Shown here: in pieces, positions 37,475 through 50,323 of the stretch
Layout of the letters: each line of letters starts with the position of its first letter
Numbering within the stretch: position 1 is the stretch's first letter
DNA from: Octopus bimaculoides
Lineage: Eukaryota
Assembly (NCBI RefSeq): GCF_001194135.2
Contig: NC_068988.1
Location: 51,728,921 to 51,792,920, forward strand
Direction of reading: 5' to 3'
DNA: 64,000 bases
Notes under the pieces: generated by a model
The model's database searches: none
The model's input: the letters and a program-made list of their open reading frames with translations, nothing else
Told to the model about the DNA's origin: nothing
Program-made: the position numbers and the translations under genes

Positions 37475-38280
37475 CGACGCCGCGCATGTATACAAATGTG
37501 AGTAGTCTAGCGGAGGAACAAAGTGGTTGAGGAGGTGTAGGAGATAAAAACATATATCTGAGAGAAATTTTAGAAAAATATTAAAACGAGAGAATGTTGG
37601 TAAAAGTTCTAACAGGTAAAAGTAATTGTAAAAAAAATTAAAAGCTTATGATACATTGCACTACGTGACTATAAGCGTGATTATGTATGTAAGAATGTGC
37701 TACTTTTCTCTCTTTCTCACTTACTCATTTTCTTTCTTTATCTCCCTCAACAGTCTTTCCCCACCGACTCACTTATCTCATTTGCTGTCTGTCCTCTCTC
37801 TTTATCCCAGTGTGTTCTTCCTCATTTTCTCTCTTTATGTCTTTCTACATTTCTCTCTCTAACTTCCTCGTTTTTCTCTCTTCCGGTCTCGCTTATACGT
37901 ACGCACACACATACACACACCCTACTTTGATCTTAGACTATCAGACTTTGAAATTTCCTCTTCTCTCTCTTTCTCTCCTCCTCTCTCTCTCTCTTTCTCC
38001 CTTTCCTTCCCTCTCTCTTTTTATAATAATTCGGCTTTCCTTATCCTAATTCAGATGTCCCTCCTTATCTCACTTGTAACACTCTACAATTTCCCTTCTC
38101 TGTATCGGTCACTTCTAGTATACCACAACTTTCTCGACCTTTTTAATTCCCACCCCCTTGTTTCTCCAAGTAAGTACTTGTATACATTATTTTATACATG
38201 CATACACAAACACAAATACATATGTAATAAATATCGATAAATTATGAATTAATATAATTTAAATGATACACACACCTACA

Positions 38281-38314
<34 letters not shown>

Positions 38315-38374
38315 CACATTTTTGCGTATGTATTTATATGTGTATATGAGTGTGTGTATATTATATATCTTTTA

Positions 38375-38665
38375 TCTTTTTACTTATTTCAGTCATTTGA
38401 CTGCGGCCATGCTGTAGCACCGCCTTAAATGGTTTTTTGTCGAACAAATCGACCCCAGGCCTTTTTTTAAAGCCTGGTATTTATTCTATCGGTCTCTTTT
38501 ACCGAACCACTAGCTTACGGTCGTCAAGCGGTGGTGGAGGACAAACACGCGCAGGCACACACGCACACACACACACACACACGACAGGCTTCTTTCAGTT
38601 TCCGCCTACCAAATCCACTCACATGGCTTGGGTCGGCCCGAGTCTATAGCAGAAGACATTGCCCA
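38375..38665 (-). mobile_element. SINE family B copy; other copies about 4250-4390(+), 14840-14990(-), 40045-40200(+), 41975-42100(+), 43995-44120(+), 56005-56158(+), 59715-60070(+)
   Basis: Shared gtgtggtaagaag.ttgcttcccaacca...ttgggcaagtgtcttct..tatagc...gtgagtggatttggtagac.gaaactga body followed by (TG)/(TA) microsatellite. Confidence 0.8.
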
Positions 38666-39195
38666 TTTTTTAAAATATATATTTGTACTTCTTTCTGTCA
38701 TTAGACTGCGGCAATGCTATGACACCCCCAGTACCTATACATACATACANNNNNNNNNNNNNNNNNNNNNNNNNNNNNNNNNNNNNNNNNNNNNNNNNNN
38801 NNNNNNNNNNNNNNNNNNNNNNNNNNNNNNNNNNNNNNNNNNNNNNNNNNNNNNNNNNNNNNNNNNNNNNNNNNNNNNNNNNNNNNNNNNNNNNNNNNNN
38901 NNNNNNNNNNNNNNNNNNNNNNNNNNNNNNNNNNNNNNNNNNNNNNNNNNNNNNNNNNNNNNNNNNNNNNNNNNNNNNNNNNNNNNNNNNNNNNNNNNNN
39001 NNNNNNNNNNNNNNNNNNNNNNNNNNNNNNNNNNNNNNNNNNNNNNNNNNNNNNNNNNNNNNNNNNNNNNNNNNNNNNNNNNNNNNNNNNNNNNNNNNNN
39101 NNNNNNNNNNNNNNNNNNNNNNNNNNNNNNNNNNNNNNNNNNNNNNNNNNNNNNNNNNNNNNNNNNNNNNNNNNNNNNNNNNNNNNNNNNNNNNN

Positions 39196-39255
<60 letters not shown>

Positions 39256-41464
39256 TATATTATACTGTAATCTTTATCTACAGGAAGTAAGAGAGACTCA
39301 ATACAATGTAGAATAATTGTATTACATACATACATACACTACAAAATAGAAATAGTGTGCTACATTAAAGTATCACGAGTTGAATTGCAGAGGTCATACT
39401 TTTAATTCAGAGCCACGTTGGCAGTTGGAATTTATACTGATAAGCTATAGCCAGTGATCCTCCGAATTACTGGTCTGACCTAGAGAGTACTATGCAGTTA
39501 ATCTGGTGAAACTTTGAAGTTGCATATAATTTCAGTCTCGTACTATACATGCACACATACATACATACATACATACATACATACATACATACATACATAC
39601 ATACAATATATACATATAGTAAAACACACAGGCACAAACACATACACACACTCATACTCGCACGCACACACACACACATACACACACACAAACACATATC
39701 ACTGTATCTACTGGCCTATCGGACGTTGTTATACACTGCTGGTCACAATGCGCTTCTTCACATTATAGTAGCTTAGTAGCTTTCAAATGATGCCATCCCG
39801 CTGGCAAAGCAGGCAGACGGGCCAACATTATGCTTGAAATGAACGCCAATCCAACGCGGGGAGTTGACTGGAACAATGTGAAATGAAGTGTTTTGCTCTC
39901 AAGAAAACAACGCAACACCTTAAATACAAGGTCACAAGCCTTCATGCACATACAGTACAAACAGACAGACACACACACACACACACATACGCTCACACAT
40001 GCACAAACACGCACACATCCAAACAGACACATACAGGTGTAGCTGTGTGGTAAGAAGTTTGCTTCCTAACCACATGGTTCCGGGTTCAGTCCCCTGTGTG
40101 ACACCTCGGTCAAGTGTCTTCTAATATGGTCTCAAGCATACCAATTCCTTGTGAGTGGATTTGGCAGAGCGAAGAGGAAAGAAGCCCATTTTCTGTCGCG
40201 ACTCAATCTCTTTCTCTATCACTTTTCCCCCTCTCGTTCTTCCTCTGTTACTACTACGTATCTCTCTTTACCCCTCTCGTTCTTCCTTCTGTTACTACTA
40301 TATCTCTCTCTTTACCCCTCGTACTTCCTTCTGTTACTACTATATTCCTCTCTTCCTCTCTTTATCTCGTTGCTCACCTATTCTTCTACTCCTCCCTTTG
40401 TTTCTCCCTCTACCACTCTCTCTCTCTCCCTTACCCCTGCATGGTCACATGCATCCGGTCACTAATCCTTTTCTTCCTTGGCTATCGCCGAGCAAACACG
40501 TGAACTTACTTCGTCCTCACTTTCAAGTTCGTGCCTCACAGCGTTCATATACACATAATTTTTCACGTTTGGCCGCATAGCCTTTTCCGTTCGCTTTCCT
40601 GTCTTCTTTTCTTTTCCGTTTGTTTTCCTGTCTTGTTTTTTGTCCGCCACTACATTCCTCCATGGCACAGGTTTAATTTGTGCATACAAATTTAATTTGC
40701 GGTCCATGGGAAGAGCCGTTTTAACGATNNNNNNNNNNNNNNNNNNNNNNNNNNNNNNNNNNNNNNNNNNNNNNNNNNNNNNNNNNNNNNNNNNNNNNNN
40801 NNNNNNNNNNNNNNNNNNNNNNNNNNNNNNNNNNNNNNNNNNNNNNNNNNNNNNNNNNNNNNNNNNNNNNNNNNNNNNNNNNNNNNNNNNNNNNNNNNNN
40901 NNNNNNNNNNNNNNNNNNNNNNNNNNNNNNNNNNNNNNNNNNNNNNNNNNNNNNNNNNNNNNNNNNNNNNNNNNNNNNNNNNNNNNNNNNNNNNNNNNNN
41001 NNNNNNNNNNNNNNNNNNNNNNNNNNNNNNNNNNNNNNNNNNNNNNNAATAAAGTATGTTCTTTTGCACAACTCTTTTTTTAATATAAAAATAACCTCGA
41101 AACCGAGGTCGGGTTGCACAATTTTGAGGTCTTTAGCTTAGGGAGGCAACTCTGCCTGAACAATCTACGTCTTAGAGCATAATGAGAAAATGTTTAAAAT
41201 ACATGGAGTTTTCCCAAGGAATGAAATTTCGAAGATATACTGTCGACTTTATTAGTCTTATTTAGTAGATAATCATTTAATGTGAAGTATGTTTGCTTGT
41301 GTTTTGGTTAGCCCAGAGTTGCCTTTGAAGTGGCAGACCAATCACATAGTTTTTTTTTTTTTTCCTGAAATACTGTAAATCTGTGTCTTTCTTTTGATGA
41401 AAGGGTGTCATTTTAAGAGAGATTTGGCTATCTGTAGTAGCTCAAGTTAGCAGAGACACACTTC

Positions 41465-41496
<32 letters not shown>

Positions 41497-42875
41497 CGTG
41501 TGTGTTCTGTTGTGGAGAAAAAATACAATTTCTCAGAATATTTTGCATAATAATTTTAAAGAAATCTGGACACCTATCTTACTGCTAACCATTCAACTTC
41601 AAATTACAATTGTTAATTGTTGAAAGTCAAGTAGACTGAGATGTACATATAGTGTTATCGTATGGAGTGGAAGTTCAATACGAAGTTTTGAACTCCTTAT
41701 CTTGTGTTTAGTAATCCATTACCTTAAATTTGAAGCCAGTACGTCTTTAAGCATTATTTTACTGGGTTTAGTTTTTCGACCGTCTTCATGATGGGGTATC
41801 ACTTTCAAAAATTTAATTGATCATACTGACCTCAGTACATATTTCAGTCTGTCATTTATTTTACAGATTGCTGCTTGATGAACTGCTAACTTTGAGACAT
41901 AATGGGACACAATAGTTGATTTAACAACAAATGTAAACACACATCGACACACACACGCATTAGGTGCCAGAATGACTGTGTGGTTGAGAAGTTTACTTCC
42001 CAACCACACAGTCATTCTGCATGGTACCTTGTGCAAGTGTTTTCTACTATAGCCTTAGGTCAACCACAAACTTGTGACTGAATTTGGTAGACGTAAACTG
42101 CAGCGTTGTTCATCAGAAAATGACCGAAAAACATGTTTATAAAGAAGAGCTGCTTGCTTCATACTCCTCGTGTGCTGATTGAAAGGAAGAAATAATACAA
42201 TATGGCTGTAGGTCATAACATCTGGGCAACGCCGGGGTGCATTGGTAGTGTGTGTGTGTGTGTGTGTGNNNNNNNNNNNNNNNNNNNNNNNNNNNNNNNN
42301 NNNNNNNNNNNNNNNNNNNNNNNNNNNNNNNNNNNNNNNNNNNNNNNNNNNNNNNNNNNNNNNNNNNNNNNNNNNNNNNNNNNNNNNNNNNNNNNNNNNN
42401 NNNNNNNNNNNNNNNNNNNNNNNNNNNNNNNNNNNNNNNNNNNNNNNNNNNNNNNNNNNNNNNNNNNNNNNNNNNNNNNNNNNNNNNNNNNNNNNNNNNN
42501 NNNNNNNNNNNNNNNNNNNNNNNNNNNNNNNNNNNNNNNNNNNNNNNNNNNNNNNNNNNNNNNNNNNNNNNNNNNNNNNNNNNNNNNNNNNNNNNNNNNN
42601 NNNNNNNNNNNNNNNNNNNNNNNNNNNNNNNNNNNNNNNNNNNNNNNNNNNNNNNNNNNNNNNNNNNNNNNNNNNNNNNNNNNNNNNNNNNNNNNNNNNN
42701 NNNNNNNNNNNNNNNNNNNNNNNNNNNNNATAGTTAAGTTATTTAAAAGAAAGTTGGTCGTCTTCTGTTTGGTTGTTTTTCCTCGCATTCGGTACTAAAT
42801 GTGGTTATTTTGAGAAGTCCAGCGTGTGGCATTATTATTTTTTCTGTAGTAATGCCCATTATATAAATATAAACG

Positions 42876-42913
<38 letters not shown>

Positions 42914-43321
42914 ATTCTTTTACTTGTTTCAGTTATTTGGGAATATTCTTTGTAAGCCTAGTACTTATTCTATCGTCTCTTATGCCGAACCGCTAAGTTA
43001 TGGGGGCGTAAACTCACCAACATCGGTGTCAAACGATGGTGGTGGGGGACAAACACAATACATACATACAAACATTGTGTTTAACGTTTTTTTGTGATGT
43101 CCTGTTTCCATATATGCTTGTATGTATACATATAGATGTCGGTATGTACATATATGATGGATATATGCATATAATTATATATTATTTATGTTATTATATA
43201 TATATATATATATATCTTCTGAATTCTCACAACTGTCAGATAAACGGTTATGTGAAACTCTGAATAACTTTGTGAAGTATTTTACAGCTTCAATAAAACA
43301 GTACATACATACATACATACA

Positions 43322-43531
43322 TGCTGAAAAGTTCTTGGCTTTGAATAAAAGAAAATACGGGAGGATCAGTTAATTATGATTTTATTTAACATATTACCCT
43401 CTCAGATTAACACACTTTTTGCAGCGGTCATTTACTGTTTCTAAGACCTGGAAAAGAATTCGGAAGTTTGGGCCGTCAACCAGGCCTTTCACAACACCCT
43501 TAAAGCCAGGAACTTTTCAGCACCCCTAGTA
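43322..43531 (-). mobile_element. Mariner-derived MITE (internal deletion)
   Basis: TIR gctgaaaagttc.tggcttt / aaagccaggaacttttcagc; minus strand reads RCKKCVNLRG*YVK* (cf. mariner C-terminus W.KCV...G.YVE). Confidence 0.75.
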
Positions 43532-43548
43532 TACAGATAGATAGATAA

Positions 43549-43602
<54 letters not shown>

Positions 43603-44121
43603 GCATGCACGTATGTATGTATATATGATGTATGTATGTATTTTAGAGATATTTTGCATATTTTCATTTTTCTGTTTAGATGGGGTTTTTAGAATAGATA
43701 ATATAGGGTCCCTTTCTTTATATGAAGAGCACAACTTTTCGAGATTAAATACCTAATGATATAATTAAGTTTGCTATTGAATATGGGCATACAAGTAAAT
43801 TTAGAACTAAGAAAGAGAAATTGTGTTTCGAAGCATATCTAAGGTTCTCTTTCTTGCTGAGTGGCTTCTCTCTAAAGCATAAATTTTGCTTTATGTCCTA
43901 AATATGTCCTAAACAACTACATCATCAGGTCAGCAGGTTTACATTCGGTGGAAGTTTTGATTGAAATATTTCACGTAAATATAGAAATTTGATTTGCAAT
44001 TATGTGGTTTCGGGTTCAGTGCCACAGCGCAGCATTTTGGGCAAGTGTCTTCTACTATCGCCCCGGACCGCCCAATGTCTTATGGTAAATTTGGTAGATG
44101 GAGACTGAGAGGAAGCCCGTC

Positions 44122-44225
<104 letters not shown>

Positions 44226-46619
44226 ATATACACTTGACTGCTTACTAAATATTTGTCTTAGTTACTTTAAACAGCCTGCTGCCTTTCTGTCTGTCATTCA
44301 GTCATGCTTTCACTTGATCAAGTATAATTACATGTTTTGTAACATTTAATGCTTCCTAAAATATTGTTTCGGTTCTGATTTATAATGAACAATATCTCAT
44401 AAGGCTTGCTGCTAGATAAAGCTTGTCTGTGACTACAAACAAACATTGCATAGATCAGTTACTGAAAATTTACCGGTGAGATCAGTGTTCGCGTATAGAT
44501 AAGATAAAAACAAAATTACTTCTTGTTTCTCTTGTCATGAGAGAGCAATTAGTATATATGAAGAATTTATTTAAGATAACAGCGGAAAACATCCTTGTTG
44601 GGAAGTTTCATGCATCAACTGCATTTAGAATCAGGACATGCATATAAAATAAGACAATTTCAAAGATCTCTTTCTTTTCTCTTTGACAGATAATGAGAAA
44701 GATGTTATTCTTAAAGCATTACCTTGATGATAGAAAATATCAGAGTTAGATTTGTTGTTGCCGCCATATTTGATTCGACTGTGCTGGAATACTTTTCTTT
44801 TTAAGAAGGAAAGTTCCCGTTCATGACCTTGTAATTAAGTAGTTCCGGTAATCACATGCATCTGGGTTCTACTACCGGCTCAGGTCGGCGCAACCTTTGT
44901 TAGTTAAACTGAGTAAACGGATACCGTGATAAAAGCCTGTCGGATAGCTTTAATAGTTCTTGAGTGGAAAATTCAATCCGTCACCCGGTTTAACACAACC
45001 ACTTCTCGTTAGGTATCTTTAGCATAATCCACTCCGATGCAAGTATTCAGATCGAGTGTCTGAGTTGAGGATACCAGTGACTCGTGGTTTATTCCTACTT
45101 TTCTTCCTACCAGTTTCAAAGGCTCTGCAAAATGGTAATAGGCATTACCCTTCTTCTAAGTCATAAAAAAAAGCAAATTATTATGGATGAAATAAGGTAT
45201 CTCCATGCCGAGATCTCTCTGTTTGGTCAAGTTAGTTAATCTTTAAACAGAGAAATTACAAATAAACCAAAATCTCATTTTTATAACCAGAAGAGATATG
45301 GAAAATTTTAAATGTCTATTTTCTGTGATTGTTTTTAATCGACGGTAACCACGAAGAGATGTTAAGAAACAGAAATGAATGTTGTGATGTTTATACTTTT
45401 CCTTATCTCTTATACTACATATTATGTTGAGTTTTCGACAAATCCGTTACGCTACTTGGTCTTAGTTCCTGCCTAGATTCGCTTTATTTTTATTGAGAAA
45501 TTCACTGGGAAAAGTATGAACGCTCGCAACTCGCCATCACATGAGAATCAACAGCACTGCAGTCTGTGTAAAAATCAGTTGTCAAAATAATTTTGTTAAA
45601 AATTTATTATTTTGTAAATTTATTTTATCTGAAGCTATCAGGTTTTGTATCTTTCCTCACTTACGAATACGGATTGGTTTTGACAATTCAATTTAATAGC
45701 AGTTTACACTGCTAGAAGTTTTATATAGTAAATTGCACTACTGCAAGAAGGAAACTAGCCATGCTTGCCATGGCACACTACTTCAGAATATAGGGCCAAC
45801 TGCTAAGAAATGAAATTAACAATTTACCCCGAAGACATTTTTGTTCATACGCACGCACGGAGCTCGAAGTTTTTAAGACTGGGAAAACTTTTAGAGCTAG
45901 GGAAAGTTGTGCATTCGTGCATTTCCCAAAGGCATCAATGACGTAAGTGAAATGAAGCTGTTCAAAATGGAAAATGAAATAAGTTCGCAACCCTAGCTGA
46001 TCGAAAACATTCTGCCATGCTGTCAGTAAAATACTGACGCATAGGAGATAGGCATAAAGCTTAAGCATTTTGAAGAACTAGAAAAGATGGCGACTCACCA
46101 TGGTTAGTCAACATTTTGCAATAGTTTAGCTAACGGCACACACACACACGCGCGCGCATGCATAGCTTTTAGCAGCATAAACTGTTATTAAATTAAATTG
46201 ATGAAAGCTTTTCATATCAAATGGGTAAAGACACAAAACCTGACTTCACTTGATACCTTTATTCGTTTCCTACATTCGTTTCCTACAGTGAGGAAGCCTC
46301 TAAGTGGCTACTCCACCCGCAAGAAACAGCAGCTAATTTCGCTTCAGATTACACTAGGACATCTTTAACAAGACAAATAACTTTTTTCCGCTAACGCGAA
46401 GAAAAATTAATAAAGCGGGTATGGAAACATGGTGTTAACCTGCATAATTAAAATAGCGAAATAAAGTGAGATGTGACATGCGCATTTCATTTTTATTATT
46501 CTCTGCCGTTTTACGAATCTAGTGTGCACATGCACATATTTCTCTTTTCGGTTCCTATGTATGTATGTATGTATGTATGTATGTATGTATGTATGTATGC
46601 ATGTATGTATGTATGTATA

Positions 46620-46850
46620 AGGACGCATGGTCTAGTGGTTAGCATGTTGCACTCAGGACCGCGAGATGGTAGTTTCAATTCCTGGACCGGGTGGTGCGTT
46701 GTGTTCTGGAGCAAAATACTTCATCTTACGTTGCTCTACGATCACTTCGACACCTGACGTGTGGTACGCAGTGCACCTGTTCAGGTAACACTGATTTGAT
46801 GAAGGGAGTGAGCTAATGCACAGTACATTCATTTGATCACTATAAACAGT
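46620..46850 (+). mobile_element. tRNA-derived SINE (related copy about 57650-57780)
   Basis: A-box tggtctagtgg, B-box-like gtttcaattcc, followed by gcgttgtgttc..gagcaa..acttcat body; not a foldable tRNA. Confidence 0.65.
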
Positions 46851-46937
46851 CATTTGTGCAGTTTCTTCAGCAACGAACTGCAGAATCGTCTCGGACTACG
46901 AGATACTACCACTGCCTGGAATTGAACTCGTGTAAGC

Positions 46938-46938
<1 letters not shown>

Positions 46939-46995
<57 letters not shown>
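46939..46995 (+). repeat. (AAT)n microsatellite; others at about 33186-33215, 47491-47517, 49255-49318
   Basis: Read directly. Confidence 0.95.
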
Positions 46996-46997
<2 letters not shown>

Positions 46998-47000
<3 letters not shown>

Positions 47001-47490
47001 AGCTAATAAACCGGATATTATCATAAAAGATCAGACAAAGAAGACGTGTTTATTAATTGACATGAGTATTCCCTGTGATCATAATATAGCGGCGAAAGAA
47101 TTTGACAAGATCAGTAAATATAAAGACTTGCTAATAGAAATTGAAAAAGTGTGGCACCTCAAGGCGACTACCATACCAGTGATTGTAGGATCTCTAGGAA
47201 TGATAAAAAAAGGTACTGAAATCTATTTGAAAATGATACCAGGCTTACCATCTCTACAGGAGGTGCAAAAAAATCGTGCTAACTGGAACGACTCATGTAC
47301 TAAGAAAAACATTATCGCTGTGAAAACAACATCCATTCATGATTTTTTTCTTTTTTTTCTTAAATACATGTTTTACCTATGAATTTGCGTGTGTAAATTG
47401 GGAATGCATACAACGTTTCTCTGCCCTAGGTGTACGGAAAACAGTCGGCGAGAAATGGGAAAAAATTTGAAGAAAGAAGAAAAAAAAACA
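46998..47490 (+). mobile_element. 5'-truncated R4/Dong-like non-LTR retrotransposon, REL-endonuclease end
   Basis: KANKPDIIIKD..CLLIDMSIP..KEFDKISKYKDL..IVGSLG..(frameshift)IVLTGTTHVLRKTLSL*; flanked by (TAA)n on both sides. Confidence 0.8.
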
Positions 47491-47517
47491 TAATAATAAT
47501 AATAACGATAATAATAA

Positions 47518-49253
47518 GCTGGGTATGTATTCAAAAGCCGCCAACAAAAAGTCAACTATTTGTTATTCATGGATGACCTCAAACTTTATGGTAAAGATGA
47601 AGCTCAGGTCAGTTCCCTCGTTGATACGGTGTATACCTTCAGTGCTGATATCAGAATGGAGTTCGGACTGAGAAAGTGTGGTGTGTTAGTCTTGAAGAGA
47701 GGCAAAAACAAATGTATGAACGAGCTAACGATACCGTCGGGAGAGGTTATGAAACAGATAGAAGAGACGGGCTATAAGTACTTGGGGATTTTGGAAATGG
47801 ATAAATTGATGGAGAAAGAAATGACAGAAACATTTAAGGTGGAGTACTTGTGCAGACTGAGACTGATCCTTAAATCGAAATTAAACAGATGGAATAAGAT
47901 TGAAGCTATCAACATTTAGGTGGTTTCACTCTTTAGATATGCAGCAGAGGTAATCGCATGGGCAGTAGACGAACTAAACAGCTTAAACAGAAAGACAAGG
48001 AAGTTGCTAACTAGATATGGGACACTCCACCCAAAAAGTGACACAGACAGACTGTATGTACCAAGAAAAAGAGGGGGAAGAGGACTTATTGGATGTGAGC
48101 ACAATATTAGAGTAGGAGAAAACAACATAGTATGGTATGTAAAAATTGTCACAGAACCGCTAACATTAGAAGTAAGACGGTCAGGCTTGTGTAGGATGAA
48201 AGATTGCAAAGATAAAGCACTGTACAAGCAATTGAAAATGAATGAAACTGAAAATAGGTGGGCAAAGAAAAGAATGTATGGACAATTTCATAGGGATGTT
48301 GAAGATAAGACATACAGAGAAAAAAGATGGCTGTAGATGACTAAAAGTGATTTAGAACCGGAAACGGAGTCTCTAATCTGTGCTGCTCAAGAGCAAGCAC
48401 TAAGAACAAACTACATAAAATACAGAATAGACAACAAATCAGAAAGTGATAAGTACAGAATCTGTGGACAAAAGAATGAAACCGTATGGCATATTACCAG
48501 CCAATGTACGCCACTAGCCCAGAAGGAATATAAGAGACGCCATGACAATATAGCAAGGCTTGTCCATTGGACACTTTGCAACAAGTATGGACGTGACAGA
48601 GCAAAAAATTGGTACGACTATAAACCCGAAGGCATCATAAAAAATAATAATGCAAAGATCCTATGGGATTTTATGATTCAGTGCGACCATAAGATAGAGA
48701 ATAGGAAACCAGACATAGTCTTAATTGAGAAAGAAAACAAACTATGCTGGATTATAGATATAGCATGCCCAACTGAAAACAGGGTATGCGATAAGGAAAA
48801 AAGAAAAGTCGATAGATATGACAGGTTAGCTTGGGAGGTTAAGCAGTTGTAGTCAATGAAAAAGGTAGTAGTAGTACCAATAATTGTCGGAGCCCTGGGA
48901 ACAGTGAGTAAAAATTTTGAGAAGAACATGGAACAAATAGGGGTCGCAATAAGGGTGGAGCACTTGCAGAAAACNNNNNNNNNNNNNNNNNNNNNNNNNN
49001 NNNNNNNNNNNNNNNNNNNNNNNNNNNNNNNNNNNNNNNNNNNNNNNNNNNNNNNNNNNNNNNNNNNNNNNNNNNNNNNNNNNNNNNNNNNNNNNNNNNN
49101 NNNNNNNNNNNNNNNNNNNNNNNNNNNNNNNNNNNNNNNNNNNNNNNNNNNNNNNNNNNNNGTGCTCGAAAAATAAGAGGTGTTACCTTAGTTCACTGGT
49201 AGTGAACAGCTGACACCATAGTACATCTCCAGCGTTAGAAACTGTGCAAAGGC

Positions 49254-49254
<1 letters not shown>
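47518..49254 (+). mobile_element. 5'-truncated R4/Dong-like non-LTR retrotransposon (RT end, CCHC knuckle, REL endonuclease); 3 in-frame TAG stops; gap 48975-49161
   Basis: LLFMDDLKLYG, FGLRKC, YKYLG, RLYVPRKRGGRGL, RICG..NET.WHI.SQC, KRRHD, KPDIV..IIDIACP, K..RY..L; begins after (TAA)n and ends at (AAT)n. Confidence 0.9.
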
Positions 49255-49321
<67 letters not shown>

Positions 49322-49373
49322 CAACATCGAAAAATACCTTAGGAATGAGAACCCAGGTTCGAAATTTCTCCAA

Positions 49374-49419
49374 GACACCTGATGAAGGCTGGAGGGTCTA
49401 TCAACCGAAACGTTGTGTT
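49374..49419 (+). ncRNA. Minimal type I hammerhead ribozyme motif (Penelope-type)
   Basis: GACAC-CTGATGA-A-GGCTGG...TCAACC-GAAAC-GTT-GTGTT: stem I GACAC/GTGTT, core CUGAUGA and GAAA, stem II with one mismatch, palindromic AACGTT stem III. Confidence 0.65.
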
Positions 49420-49499
49420 AACAACAAACAAGATGAGGACAAATATCCGTCAAATGTAAATAATGTAAATAATGTTTATAATCAACCTATTCGTAAATA

Positions 49500-50112
49500 A
49501 TGATTTCAAATTTTTGCACAAGGCTAGAAGTTTCGGAGGAGGGAATAAATTGATTATTGATCCCAGAGTTCAATTGGTACTTATCTTATCGACCCCGAAA
49601 GGAGGGAAGGCATTTGAATTCAGAACATGAAGTTGAAAAAAAATGCCGCTAAGCATTCTTCCCGGGGTGGTAACTTTTCTGTTAGCTTGCCGCCTTAACC
49701 AACCAATAAATATTGATTTCAAATTTTGGCACAAGGCCAGCTATTTCGGGGAAGGAGGTGAATCGATTGCATCGACCCCAGTACTCAACTGGTACTTATT
49801 TGTCGACCCCGAAATGATGAAAGGTAAAGTCAACCTCGGCTTAATTTGAACATAAAGACGGACAAATATCGCGAAGTATTTTGCCCGGCGTGCTAACGAT
49901 TCTGCCAACTCGCTGCCTTCCTACCAGTAGATATTATTTTCTACCATAGGCAATAGGCCTGACAATTTTGGGGGATAGGTGATAGTCGATGTAATCGACC
50001 CCAGTGCTCAAATGGTACTTAATTTATCGACTCGTAAAGAATGTAAAAACAGACGAAATGCCGCTAAGCATTTTGACCGGCGCAGTAACGATTCTGCCAG
50101 CTCGCCGCCTTC
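49500..50112 (-). mobile_element. Three tandem SINE family A copies; other copies about 53858-54030, 56805-57020, 62430-62845 (two tandem), 59550-59635
   Basis: Repeated ttt(g)gcacaaggc...tcgacccc...actggtactt..tttatcgacccc.gaa...gccgctaagcatt..g.ccgg. Confidence 0.8.
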
Positions 50113-50323
50113 CTAACAGTAAATATTATAATGAAAAACCAAATAAAGAAGTTTTTACGCGGTTGCTTGACCTGGCAGAAATAACCGAATTTCCTTCAAG
50201 TATCACCGCCATGAAAGTGTTTCTGAACCATTTTTTTCTTTTTTTACCTATGGATCCATTTGATTTTTATTTTACTCGGATGGACCCTCGTAGCCATTCA
50301 ATGTTTTAAAACATCATAAATTA

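Noticed and set aside
45778-46068. 96-aa minus-strand ORF with a hydrophobic N-terminus
   Set aside because: No recognisable homology, single ORF in AT-rich DNA; length is within chance.
46620-46690. tRNA gene
   Set aside because: A/B-box-like head runs into a SINE body; I could not fold a cloverleaf.
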